A program made the translations under genes and the position numbers. A DNA stretch of 64,000 nucleotides from Oceanispirochaeta sp. (GTDB taxonomy: Bacteria > Spirochaetota > Spirochaetia > DSM-2461): contig CAXXOA010000002.1 in the NCBI GenBank assembly GCA_963666275.2, forward strand, positions 384,001-448,000. Direction: 5' to 3'. The notes under the pieces are model-generated. The model was not told where the DNA came from and ran no database searches. It saw nothing but the letters and a program-made list of their open reading frames with translations. Of this stretch, positions 31,648 through 40,679 are shown piece after piece (the first letter of the stretch is position 1; every line of letters starts with the position of its first letter).

Positions 31648-31774
31648 CCTGGGAGAGGACTCGAAACGCAGGTACGGCGCGAATACATGCAGCGCAAATC
31701 GGCACGATGCCGATTTAGAACCGAAGTCGGCCGGGACTGAAGCCACAGGACGTGGCGGAGGGGACGGCGAGTCC
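31648..31774. repeat. Structured tRNA-linked element with an inverted copy of the tRNA 3' end
   Basis: cctgggagaggactcgaa matches the reverse complement of the tRNA 3' end at 17/18; GGACTCG...CGAGTCC termini; two internal hairpins. Confidence 0.65.
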
Positions 31775-31843
31775 GCTTTAATGCCTGAATGGCTGGATCA
31801 TACACCTTTTGATGAAATGGCCGATTTAAAATTGAAATTATCT

Positions 31844-33370
31844 CTATGTAGTAGTGAGCCTTTCTAATTCATTCATATACGTATTGAGCTTTTTTAATAC
31901 ATAATTTGCTATAATATGAGGCTCATCTTTATTTGTGTAATGAAACTCCATGCAGACTTGTTTATGAGGCATGTCGACGAAAATGTCTGGAATGACGTTT
32001 TTGATCCAAGGATGATATTGATCATAATCAACTTGATATTCTGTTGTCTCTCTCAGAACCTCACGTACACATTTGTTTAAAACTTTATCACTTCCACTTC
32101 CGCCTGAACTAATCCATTTTACAATATGTTCAAAAACGTCACTACCTTTTTCAAGAGCAACGAGTGCTGGACCACCTCTTCTCAACCCAGCATGCATGAT
32201 TTCTCCCATTAATTGTTTATATGGAGCTGTTCTTTTAAAAGTCTTCTTAGTTTGATATTTTCTTTTCCAGTCTTTAGGAGCACCTGCTTTTTCTAACAGG
32301 TCCATTAAATCTTTATTATCAGTATAAGCATATAATATAGAGATCAATGTATTTGTAGGCAAAAATAGTATTCTTGTTTTAATTGATCCATATAAAGCCA
32401 TTTGTAATCTTTTCGCATCCCAGTCTGCAGACTTTTGACCACTCCTAGCATATTCGTTTAACTTTTCATGAATTACAGTCCAACTATCTTCAATACGATC
32501 AGATTTTTTTACAAATTGGGAAACAACTCTTTCTGCTTCTTTATAACAAAATAAAAACCAGACTTCCGTCGTTTTGGGAATTGAGGCTCTTACATCATCT
32601 TGATATTTACTATTCTTTTTCCATTTTTCAATGGAAATATTTATATACTCTCTTATTGTTCTTTCTTTTATTGGTAATTTTTCAACAATTTCATCTATCT
32701 CAGTAAAATCATCGTATGTCATTCCAAACTCTGTGATGTCTTTTCCATCGTTCAGAACTGATATTGTTCTTATTGTAATATCTTTAAATTTATTTTTTTT
32801 AGGACCCGAAAAATTAATAATTTCATTGTCTTTAAGAAAAAGGGTTCCTGATACTTGTTGCGCATAATCTAGCATTGTTTCAACGTCTTCATAATTTGTA
32901 ACTGGCCATAAAATAAGCATAGGTGTTTTTCTTAGAAGACCGTTCAATTTCCTAAAAAATGCCTTAATTTCTTTTTCATCATATTCATCAAGATATTCCA
33001 AATAATCTATAACGATACATGTAGGTCCTAGATCTTTTTTCTCTATGGCTAATTTCTTATAAGATTGAATTTCTCTAAAAATACCATCAATATTTTCTGT
33101 ATAATCATTAGCATCAATTTGAAAAAATCCACTAATACCGATATGTCTTTTCCATGATAGAGACCTAATGAATGTAGATTTTCCAGTACCTGGAGTTCCA
33201 AGAATGAAAGATAGATTACCACCAACTTTTGAAGCACGCGCTATTAAACTGATTTTTTCTTCAACATCTGGAAGAGGCTCAATGAATTCCATCATTTTTG
33301 CATCTGTAGAGTTTTCTCCAAGAACTGTCTCAATTTCTTCAAAAGTTGAATATAAAACCATCTCTTCCAT
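31844..33370 (-). CDS. P-loop ATPase with a putative C-terminal PD-(D/E)xK-like nuclease domain; AT-rich
   Basis: Walker A GTPGTGKS, Walker B-like CIVIDYLE, C-terminal IPDIFVD...VCMEFHY; much more AT-rich than flanks. Confidence 0.75.
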   Translation of the reverse strand: MEEMVLYSTFEEIETVLGENSTDAKMMEFIEPLPDVEEKISLIARASKVGGNLSFILGTPGTGKSTFIRSLSWKRHIGISGFFQIDANDYTENIDGIFREIQSYKKLAIEKKDLGPTCIVIDYLEYLDEYDEKEIKAFFRKLNGLLRKTPMLILWPVTNYEDVETMLDYAQQVSGTLFLKDNEIINFSGPKKNKFKDITIRTISVLNDGKDITEFGMTYDDFTEIDEIVEKLPIKERTIREYINISIEKWKKNSKYQDDVRASIPKTTEVWFLFCYKEAERVVSQFVKKSDRIEDSWTVIHEKLNEYARSGQKSADWDAKRLQMALYGSIKTRILFLPTNTLISILYAYTDNKDLMDLLEKAGAPKDWKRKYQTKKTFKRTAPYKQLMGEIMHAGLRRGGPALVALEKGSDVFEHIVKWISSGGSGSDKVLNKCVREVLRETTEYQVDYDQYHPWIKNVIPDIFVDMPHKQVCMEFHYTNKDEPHIIANYVLKKLNTYMNELERLTTT

Positions 33371-33542
33371 TAGTTAACTCCTAAGTCACCTTTCGATAAT
33401 AGACAAAACAATTTTACTATCAAATGGATAAAAAGCAACTCTATTAGATCTTTTTGCATAATTAGGAAGATTAATTCTTTTCCAATACACTTTAATACCA
33501 GTGATGAGTAATATAAAAACTTCTTCTGAGATCTCCTTGATT

Positions 33543-33642
33543 TTAGTATTCCTCTTTTTTAACTGTTCCTCTTAAATCTCCCAGTCTCTGGAGAATGAGG
33601 CTTATACTCTTTCGCCTTCTTCTTAAGTCTTTCCCCCAACAT
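33543..33642 (-). pseudogene. Eroded XRE-type HTH regulator fragment
   Basis: MLGERLK, then a +1 frameshift gives RRRKSISLILQRLGDLRGTVKK, resembling XRE helices 1-2; early stop. Confidence 0.35.
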
Positions 33643-33696
33643 AGAAGTATAAATAATTCACAATTCACTAAAATGCGATATCATAAAAGAAAATCA

Positions 33697-33764
33697 TATA
33701 ACAGTCAGACATACGGGCTGACGATTTTTCAGAGACTGTCAGGTGTAACAGACTGACTGATACA
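33697..33764. repeat. Long imperfect palindrome (attC-like or operator)
   Basis: tataacagtcag ... ctgactgataca outer arms, inner ctgac/gtcag pair. Confidence 0.5.
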
Positions 33765-33783
33765 AAAATTAAGGACTGAAAAT

Positions 33784-34302
33784 ATGAATGGAGAGTTTTC
33801 TACTGGGAACCATCTGATCTCTGTGTATGACATTGAAAATTTCGTCAAAATTACAAAGAATTTATCGACCCCGGAGCTGTTTGATCTTATGAATCAGATA
33901 CAGATTCTAACGATTGAGGCCCTCAGGGAAAGGAAGCCAGTTGTGGTCAAAAACCTGGGAGACTCGAATCTTATGGTTTTTGATACAAACGGGATAGATT
34001 TAACAATCACTGCCCTGTATAAACTGAAGTCTGATCTGGAAGAATTTTTGAAAAGCCGGGGCATTGCTGTAAAAGTCAGTTTTTCCTCCCATTACGGGGA
34101 GATATCTGTGGGCCCATTCGGGGCGGAACCTTTCAGGCAGACCGATGCCTTCGGAGAGGAGCTGAACAGAGCCTTTCTTCTGAACGGAAAACCCTACAGG
34201 GGCAGGTTCACAATAAGCCCTGAGCTTTTCCGCAAACTGGGAGCTGACTCCAGAAAAAGATTCCATAAATTCACCCCTCAGATAATGTATACTTCCGAAT
34301 AG
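33784..34302 (+). CDS. Stand-alone class III nucleotide cyclase-like domain
   Basis: YDIENFV, VKNLGDS, HYGE, DAFGEELNRAFLL follow the cyclase motif order. Confidence 0.7.
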   Translation: MNGEFSTGNHLISVYDIENFVKITKNLSTPELFDLMNQIQILTIEALRERKPVVVKNLGDSNLMVFDTNGIDLTITALYKLKSDLEEFLKSRGIAVKVSFSSHYGEISVGPFGAEPFRQTDAFGEELNRAFLLNGKPYRGRFTISPELFRKLGADSRKRFHKFTPQIMYTSE

Positions 34303-34311
34303 AGAGGCAAA

Positions 34312-34842
34312 ATGAAAAACGCAGCATACATAGCAGCCTCACTGGATGGCTATATCGCAACGGAAGACGGGGGGCTCGACTGGCTGGAGAGCATTCCGAA
34401 TCCGGAAGGGAGTGATTTCGGGTATGAAGCCTTTATGGACTCCATCGACGCCCTGGTGATGGGGAGAAAGACTTTTGAAAAAGTCCTAACCTTCGGAACC
34501 TGGCCCTACAGAAAACCAGTTTTTGTTCTCACCGGCACTCTGCAGAGCCTACCGGAAACTCTTCCCGGGAAAGTCAGCCTGGTAAGGGGAGACCTCCCGG
34601 GAATTGTGCAGGAACTCCATGAACAGGGGTATTTCAATCTCTACATCGATGGAGGTCAGACCATACAGAGCTTTCTCCGGGAAGATCTGATCGATGAATT
34701 GATCATTTCCACAGTATCGGTTCTGCTGGGCCGGGGCATTTCCCTGTTCGGAGCTCTGACGGAAATCCGGAAATTTAGAGTCGTAAAATCAGAAAAGCTC
34801 AATGATCATCTTAGCCAGACTCACTATAGAAAAGAGAGATAA
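34312..34842 (+). CDS. Dihydrofolate reductase / RibD C-terminal family protein
   Basis: IAASLDGYIA, MGRKTFE, IDGG, LIDELII, LGRGISLF. Confidence 0.92.
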   Translation: MKNAAYIAASLDGYIATEDGGLDWLESIPNPEGSDFGYEAFMDSIDALVMGRKTFEKVLTFGTWPYRKPVFVLTGTLQSLPETLPGKVSLVRGDLPGIVQELHEQGYFNLYIDGGQTIQSFLREDLIDELIISTVSVLLGRGISLFGALTEIRKFRVVKSEKLNDHLSQTHYRKER

Positions 34843-34878
34843 GGGAATGCATTTTTTCGTTTTAGAAAATCTTTTTTT

Positions 34879-35520
34879 TCAGTAAAGCTGTAGCAAATAT
34901 CCCCAGACTCCAGAAAAGATAAAAAGTCTGTAGGAGATACTCCACATGACAATCCCTATCACCGCATTCAGAATACGCCAGGTGATCGCTTTCCTGAAAA
35001 GCGGAGCGGCCAGGCCGGCGCCCAGAGTTAGCCCGAAGAACCAGAGATACGACATGACCACAGCCCCGGCCCCGAAAAGGTAGCGCCCGTAACCGGGAAA
35101 GGTTCCGCTTATCCCTCCCAGGAGAACAACCGTGTCCAGATAGACATGGGGATTCAGCAGGGTGAGAGCCAGAGTGGTAAGAACAGCCTGTTTCCGGGTT
35201 GTCAGCCCTGTGTTCCCCTGCCCGTCCAGACCTTCAGAATTTTTTACCACAGCAACCAGACTTTTCAGTCCGTAAAAGAAGAGAAATCCCGCTCCTCCTG
35301 CCGAAGCCACAGTGATCAACAGGGGTGAATGCTCTATAAGAGTCCCCATCCCGGCAATCCCGGCTCCAATAAGAATGGTATCGCAGAGAGCACAAACCAT
35401 GGACACAGTCAGATGATGCTCTTTTTTAATCCCCTGTGTAAGCACAAAAGCATTCTGGGATCCTATGGCAATGATCAGCCCCGCTCCCGTTCCCAATCCT
35501 GTAAAAAATGGAGTAAACAT
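34879..35520 (-). CDS. argO: LysE/ArgO amino-acid exporter
   Basis: LIIAIGSQNAFVL, LLNPHVYLDTV. Confidence 0.9.
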   Translation of the reverse strand: MFTPFFTGLGTGAGLIIAIGSQNAFVLTQGIKKEHHLTVSMVCALCDTILIGAGIAGMGTLIEHSPLLITVASAGGAGFLFFYGLKSLVAVVKNSEGLDGQGNTGLTTRKQAVLTTLALTLLNPHVYLDTVVLLGGISGTFPGYGRYLFGAGAVVMSYLWFFGLTLGAGLAAPLFRKAITWRILNAVIGIVMWSISYRLFIFSGVWGYLLQLY

Positions 35521-35546
35521 ACCGGAAGAGTACAGAAAAATAAAAA

Positions 35547-35590
35547 ATTAATGAAATTAATATTACAAATATATAATAAGCAATACTAAT
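35547..35590. promoter_or_regulatory. LysR (ArgP/LysG) boxes between divergent genes
   Basis: ATTA-N7-TAAT (35547-35561) and ATAA-N7-TAAT (35576-35590). Confidence 0.55.
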
Positions 35591-35599
35591 ATAGATTCC

Positions 35600-36514
35600 A
35601 TGATCGACTATAAATTTCTTGAAGCCCTCGCCGCCGTGATCGAGCAGAAAGGATTTGAAAGAGCGGGAGAGGTTCTTCATATTACCCAGTCCGCGGTCAC
35701 CCAGAGGATCAGGCAGCTGGAGGAATTAACCGGACAGGTTCTGCTTATAAGGAGTCAGCCCCCTGCGGTGACAGCGGCGGGCCGCCTTCTGTTGGAACAC
35801 CTTAAAAAGGTGAGAGTTCTTGAACAGGAATTCTCCCTTCGCTCAGGTTTATCGGGGTCACCCCAAAGGCCGCAGCTGTCTCTTGCTGTGAATGCAGACA
35901 GCCTGGCCACATGGTTCTCTTCTGTAGTCAGCCGGTATTTCTCTCTTTATTCGGGATATCTGGATATAAGAAGTGCGGATCAGGACGTTACTCACAAACT
36001 TATGACCGATGGAGACGTTATGGGCTGTATCAGCTCAATGGAGTCATCATTCAGAGGATGCCGGAAGGATTTTCTGGGCAGCATGGTCTACCGCTTTGCT
36101 TCAACCCGGAATTTTGCCGGTACCTACTTTCCGGAAGGAGTGGATGAGAGTTCATTCAACAGAGCCCCCAAACTGAATTTTGATAGAGACGATCAGCTCC
36201 TTGCCAAGTGGGCATGTCAGTTTTTTAAAGGTGCCCATCCCTTTGAAAACTCCCATATGATTCCCTCATCAGAGCAGTTTCCCATCCTGATAGGGGCAGG
36301 AGCAGTATGCGGTATGCTTCCTGAGGATCAGTTCGAAGCTTTACGCTCTGATTTTGATCTTATGGACCTGTCGCTGGAAAAGCCTGTTTCGACGCCTCTT
36401 TTCTGGCATAGATGGAGCCTTCCTTCACAAGAACTGGATTCTCTGAGTGAAATAATCAGAGAAGAAGCACGAAAGTCTCTGTCGCAGGAACTCCCCTCTG
36501 TTTCTTCCAGATAG
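35600..36514 (+). CDS. argP: LysR-family regulator ArgP/LysG
   Basis: LHITQSAVTQRIRQLE, AVNADSLATWF, LFWHRW; divergent from the exporter. Confidence 0.92.
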   Translation: MIDYKFLEALAAVIEQKGFERAGEVLHITQSAVTQRIRQLEELTGQVLLIRSQPPAVTAAGRLLLEHLKKVRVLEQEFSLRSGLSGSPQRPQLSLAVNADSLATWFSSVVSRYFSLYSGYLDIRSADQDVTHKLMTDGDVMGCISSMESSFRGCRKDFLGSMVYRFASTRNFAGTYFPEGVDESSFNRAPKLNFDRDDQLLAKWACQFFKGAHPFENSHMIPSSEQFPILIGAGAVCGMLPEDQFEALRSDFDLMDLSLEKPVSTPLFWHRWSLPSQELDSLSEIIREEARKSLSQELPSVSSR

Positions 36515-36583
36515 AAAAATCTTTTTAGGAAAAAAAACCGGCGCCCTGTAACACAGAACGCCGGACTCATATGTCAAAAGTAT

Positions 36584-37876
36584 TTATATAGAGAACAGAT
36601 TGAACACTCCGAGGAATGCCAGGATGGCACATATGATCGGAATGATGATTGCCACAGGAACCAGTGAGATAGACAGCTGATCCTTGATCTTTTCATCAGG
36701 ACAACCGGCAACAACCATGGCACCTCCCGTAGAGAAGGGAGAAATGGCGGAACTCATAGCACCGATGAAAACACAGGAAAACAGCATAACCGGATTCAGT
36801 CCCATTGCGGTTGCCAGGCCGGGCACCATGGGGTACAGGAGCGGACAGACAACACTGGTTCCGCTGGAAAAGAAGCTCAGGAATGCGGAAAATCCGACCA
36901 GAGCGACAGGAACAAGAATTTTGGGAATGTTGTTACTCATAATATTGGCAATGGCATCGGTCATTCCCGCATCCTGGGCTACTTTCAGAAGCATATACAT
37001 ACCGGCAATCAGAAGGATTGTATTCATGGGCAGCTTATGGATGATCTCTTTTTCATTCCCCAGTTTCAGCATAACACTGACAAAAGCACCGATAATCATA
37101 ACGGACTGGGGCTGACAGATCTGGGCCAGTGTTTTAATGAAAGGAGCTTTCACCCAGGCGTTGAGAATGGCGGGAATCACCATCAGAGCCAGAGCCACTA
37201 TCATAACTGTCAGCTGTTTTTTCTGAAGAGGGCTGAAGGGTTCGGGTTTATCAACAACGACCTTGTTTGCCTTGTATCCTTTGAAAACAAAGTAGGCGAT
37301 CACCATGATGATGATCTGCTTGATACAGGAGTTCAGCCATACCATCATTCCCATGCTGGTGGCATGGTCTCCATAGATTGTATCTGCAATCAGACCGGTA
37401 GAGATAACACCGCCGAAGCCGTTGATGGGGTTATCCCCACCCATCAGAGTCGCACAGCTGATAAAGATGGCAATCAGAATCGGATTCAGACCGGCCGCCA
37501 AGCCTATGGCAAAGGCAATGGGACCGATAATGGCAGGCGTCGCTGCACCGGCACCCATAAAAGCAACTACCGCACAGGTGACAGCAATGACCCAGGGGAT
37601 CAGTTTGGCATTGCCGTGCAGGGCATGAAGGAGATGTTTTGAAAGAACATCCATGGTACCGTTGCTGGTGGCGTAGTTGAAGAACAGCCCAATAGCCAGA
37701 AGAAAGAACACGATCCTTACAGGAAAGTAGTTGATAACTGTAGAAACTCTTCCTCCCATAAGAAAGACCATGATGATGAAAGCAAGCCCCATAGCCAGAA
37801 GCCCCGGATTCACTTTCATTTTCCATCCGACGATGATTGCTCCGATAATGGCAATCAATGAAATTGTCAAAACCAT
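36584..37876 (-). CDS. Ion-transporter-superfamily carboxylate carrier (MatC/SLC13-like)
   Basis: About 12 TM helices, N-terminal VNPGLLA, SFFSS and ISPFSTGGA motifs. Confidence 0.8.
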   Translation of the reverse strand: MVLTISLIAIIGAIIVGWKMKVNPGLLAMGLAFIIMVFLMGGRVSTVINYFPVRIVFFLLAIGLFFNYATSNGTMDVLSKHLLHALHGNAKLIPWVIAVTCAVVAFMGAGAATPAIIGPIAFAIGLAAGLNPILIAIFISCATLMGGDNPINGFGGVISTGLIADTIYGDHATSMGMMVWLNSCIKQIIIMVIAYFVFKGYKANKVVVDKPEPFSPLQKKQLTVMIVALALMVIPAILNAWVKAPFIKTLAQICQPQSVMIIGAFVSVMLKLGNEKEIIHKLPMNTILLIAGMYMLLKVAQDAGMTDAIANIMSNNIPKILVPVALVGFSAFLSFFSSGTSVVCPLLYPMVPGLATAMGLNPVMLFSCVFIGAMSSAISPFSTGGAMVVAGCPDEKIKDQLSISLVPVAIIIPIICAILAFLGVFNLFSI

Positions 37877-37993
37877 ATATAATACTCCTTTTAAATTGGT
37901 TGCAACTTTAATTGAGAGTTGCCCGGACCCTCAATTTTACTACCCAGGCAACTCTGTGATCACTCCTTCCCCCAGAACGGGGAGAGTGCCTCA

Positions 37994-40405
37994 CTACATC
38001 TGATGAGCCATCCTCTCAATGACTTCATCCTGAATACCTTCTGTCAGGCGGGTAAAGTAGGCACTGTAACCGGCCACACGGACAATCAGTTCGGGATGTT
38101 CGTCGGGATTCACCTTGGCATCCACCATCTCTTCCTTGTTCACAATATTGAACTGAATGTGTTTTCCACCGTTGGTCAGATAGGTCTTAATGACTGTACC
38201 GAGTTTGTTCAGATCGCTTTCGGTTTTCATATTGGAGGGAATGAACTTCATATTCATCAGGGTTCCCTGATAGGGATCCTGGTTCACTTTCATGGCGCTC
38301 TGAAAAACAGCCAGCGGTCCATTCACATCCTGTCCGTGATCGGGAGACAGAGACGCATCTGCCAGGATCTCTCCGCCTTTCCGTCCGTCAGCGGTAGCTC
38401 CCGTACAGGCTCCTCCGGGCTGATGGGCGGAAATGGAGATGGCATTGGGTTTGAGAGAATCGCCGTAGGCACAGGGCAGGCTCAGGCAGGTGTCTGCATG
38501 GAGCTGATAAATCTCCGCGACAACCGCATCAACCTCATCGTTGTTATTTCCGTATTTGGGAATGCTTTTGAAATCAGCCTGCATCTGCTCATAGCCGACC
38601 CAGTCCGCATCCAGTGCTTCAAGGAGCTGCTGCATAGTGTATTTCTTCTCGTCAAAAACAAGCTTTTTAATAGCGTACAGAGCGTTTCCCGTATTCACTC
38701 CGCCTACAGCCCCCAGTACCGCTCCGTTTTCAAACTCGAACCGGCGGTTGAACATATCTTTTCCTGACTTCACACCGTCTTTCATAAGGGAGGAACGGAA
38801 TACATCGGGAAACAGATTCCTTTCAGCAATCAGCTCCACATTGATCCTTTCGTTGGCCATTCCCATCAGATGCCGTATCTGGGAAAATACAGCTTCCTTG
38901 AACTCTTCATAGGTTTTCATCTTTGTCACATCGCCGCTTCTGATTCCCACCATCTCTTCGGTATAGCGGCAGTAACCGTCATGCATACAAATATCCATAG
39001 CCTGGGGAATGATAAAAAAGCAGGCTACCTGAGTTCGGGTCACAGTGGGCACATTGGCATCCACACAGCCTGTAGCCACATAGTCCCTGGCAACCTCCAC
39101 GGGGATTCTGTTCTTCTCACTCTGAGAGGTAAAAAATTTAATATTCGATTCGTCTCCCAGAAAGGCGGGAAGTCCCAGTCCGCTCTGGATGCACTTCAGC
39201 GCTTTGAGCATCAGTTTTTCCGGTGTGTTTTTATGAACTCTTACAGTCAGAGTGTGGTGAGGCAAATGGGTATCCAGTGCGGCATCCAGGAGCAGATAGG
39301 TCAGTTCATTGGTGGCATCGCTGCCGTCTGCTTTCTGCCCGCCGATGGTCCAGTTGTACCATTTGGCCATACCCGCATTCTTGGTTCTGTTGGCCTTTCC
39401 GGAAACACGGTTAATCTTCATCACCTTGCAGCGCATGATCTCCAGAAGTTCCAGAACCTCATCGTCATTCATGCGGCCGCTTTCGATATCTGCTTTATAG
39501 AATGGATACATATACTGATCAAAACGTCCTGCCGTAGAGGTAGGAGAGGGACAGATCATCAGGAAAGTGAACCAGAAGGCCTGCAGGGCTTCCTGAAATG
39601 TCTCTGCCGGCTCATAGGGCACCTTGCGGCAGATCCTCGCCATTTCCAGAAGTTCGGCTTTCCTTTTTTCATCTTTTTCACTTCCCCCCATCTCTTCGGC
39701 CAGGTCGGCATAACGTCCGGCAAAACGGACCCAGGCTTCGAAAACGATAATGACGCCTTCCCAGAAATCCCGTTTTTCAATACTGTCCGCCGCATCATAG
39801 CGCATATCTTTCAGGCACTGTTTTGCTTCTTCTATAACTGACCTGGCCCCGCCGTTCAGAATGCGTGCATAGTCAACGGCCACCAGAGAGAATCCCGGTC
39901 CCAGTCCGTATCCGGACATGGCAAATCCGCCGCCGGATCCTCCTGTCTTATCTTTCCAGGGAGGAAGGATTGTTCCGGATTTCATAAAAGGCCAGAGCCT
40001 TTCGTTCATTCCCAGAGATTTACCCATGGTTTCAATCAGGGTGCTGTTAAGGGAGTTCCCGGCAAAACGTTCATTGAGCTCATAGAGTTCTTTTTCATCT
40101 TCCGGATCTATGGTATAGATCTCGCTTTTCAGAGATTCCACTTCGTCTTTTGTCCAGACTCCGTATTCATACTGCATCTCCAGACCGAAAGGTTTGCTGG
40201 CTCCGGATCCGCATAGAAGATCTTCGGGTTCGATGAAAATATCAATATTGCCCAGCACATGAGCATGGAGCTTGGAACGTCTGAGCAGCATGGGTTCTCC
40301 CGCAGTTTTATCCAGAGATTCACTGGCCAGGCGGAATAATTGAACACACAGAGGGTACTTGTTTACCCTCAGACTTTCTTTCATTCTCTCAACTCTTTCT
40401 GTCAT
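37994..40405 (-). CDS. Glycyl radical enzyme of unknown specificity (PFL2/eliminase-like)
   Basis: 803 aa; FQEALQ, GRFDQYMYPFY, Cys loop TGCVD, PKYGNN, glycyl loop LIVRVAGYSAYF. Confidence 0.93.
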   Translation of the reverse strand: MTERVERMKESLRVNKYPLCVQLFRLASESLDKTAGEPMLLRRSKLHAHVLGNIDIFIEPEDLLCGSGASKPFGLEMQYEYGVWTKDEVESLKSEIYTIDPEDEKELYELNERFAGNSLNSTLIETMGKSLGMNERLWPFMKSGTILPPWKDKTGGSGGGFAMSGYGLGPGFSLVAVDYARILNGGARSVIEEAKQCLKDMRYDAADSIEKRDFWEGVIIVFEAWVRFAGRYADLAEEMGGSEKDEKRKAELLEMARICRKVPYEPAETFQEALQAFWFTFLMICPSPTSTAGRFDQYMYPFYKADIESGRMNDDEVLELLEIMRCKVMKINRVSGKANRTKNAGMAKWYNWTIGGQKADGSDATNELTYLLLDAALDTHLPHHTLTVRVHKNTPEKLMLKALKCIQSGLGLPAFLGDESNIKFFTSQSEKNRIPVEVARDYVATGCVDANVPTVTRTQVACFFIIPQAMDICMHDGYCRYTEEMVGIRSGDVTKMKTYEEFKEAVFSQIRHLMGMANERINVELIAERNLFPDVFRSSLMKDGVKSGKDMFNRRFEFENGAVLGAVGGVNTGNALYAIKKLVFDEKKYTMQQLLEALDADWVGYEQMQADFKSIPKYGNNNDEVDAVVAEIYQLHADTCLSLPCAYGDSLKPNAISISAHQPGGACTGATADGRKGGEILADASLSPDHGQDVNGPLAVFQSAMKVNQDPYQGTLMNMKFIPSNMKTESDLNKLGTVIKTYLTNGGKHIQFNIVNKEEMVDAKVNPDEHPELIVRVAGYSAYFTRLTEGIQDEVIERMAHQM

Positions 40406-40523
40406 CTACTCTCTCCTTATATTTCATCAGTAGTTCTTGTTGTTTAGCTTTGTTTAACCTGGAGAAACCCTAACATGGGTTTTTCAAAGCTTAAAAATTA
40501 AATCTTTATTGGAAATGAAATTC

Positions 40524-40570
40524 TGTGATGTCCATACATTTCATCCAGGGTGAAATGTGCGGATTGCACA
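40524..40570. promoter_or_regulatory. Tandem candidate PucR/CdaR operator boxes upstream of the GRE
   Basis: TGTG-N7-TACA (40524) and TGTGC-N5-GCACA (40556), 32 bp apart. Confidence 0.5.
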
Positions 40571-40679
40571 GACCTCATAAAAAAGAGAGAGAAAACCTAA
40601 AAAAATCGACAAATAGAAATAATGCCCCTATAATTTGGTCAATATCCAAACAGAATAGGGAAAATAGGTTAGGACGTTT

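Noticed and set aside
31516..31867. Short plus-strand ORFs (74 aa and 79 aa)
   Set aside because: They overlap the tRNA, its terminator and the structured element, with no protein features.
33784..34842. Pycsar/CBASS-type system built on the small cyclase
   Set aside because: The neighbour is a RibD/DHFR-like gene, not a cNMP-binding TM or TIR effector, and the cyclase lacks the catalytic Arg.
37915..37988. Two hairpins between the GRE and the carrier as a riboswitch or ncRNA
   Set aside because: No recognisable aptamer; more simply mRNA-stabilising or attenuating stems.
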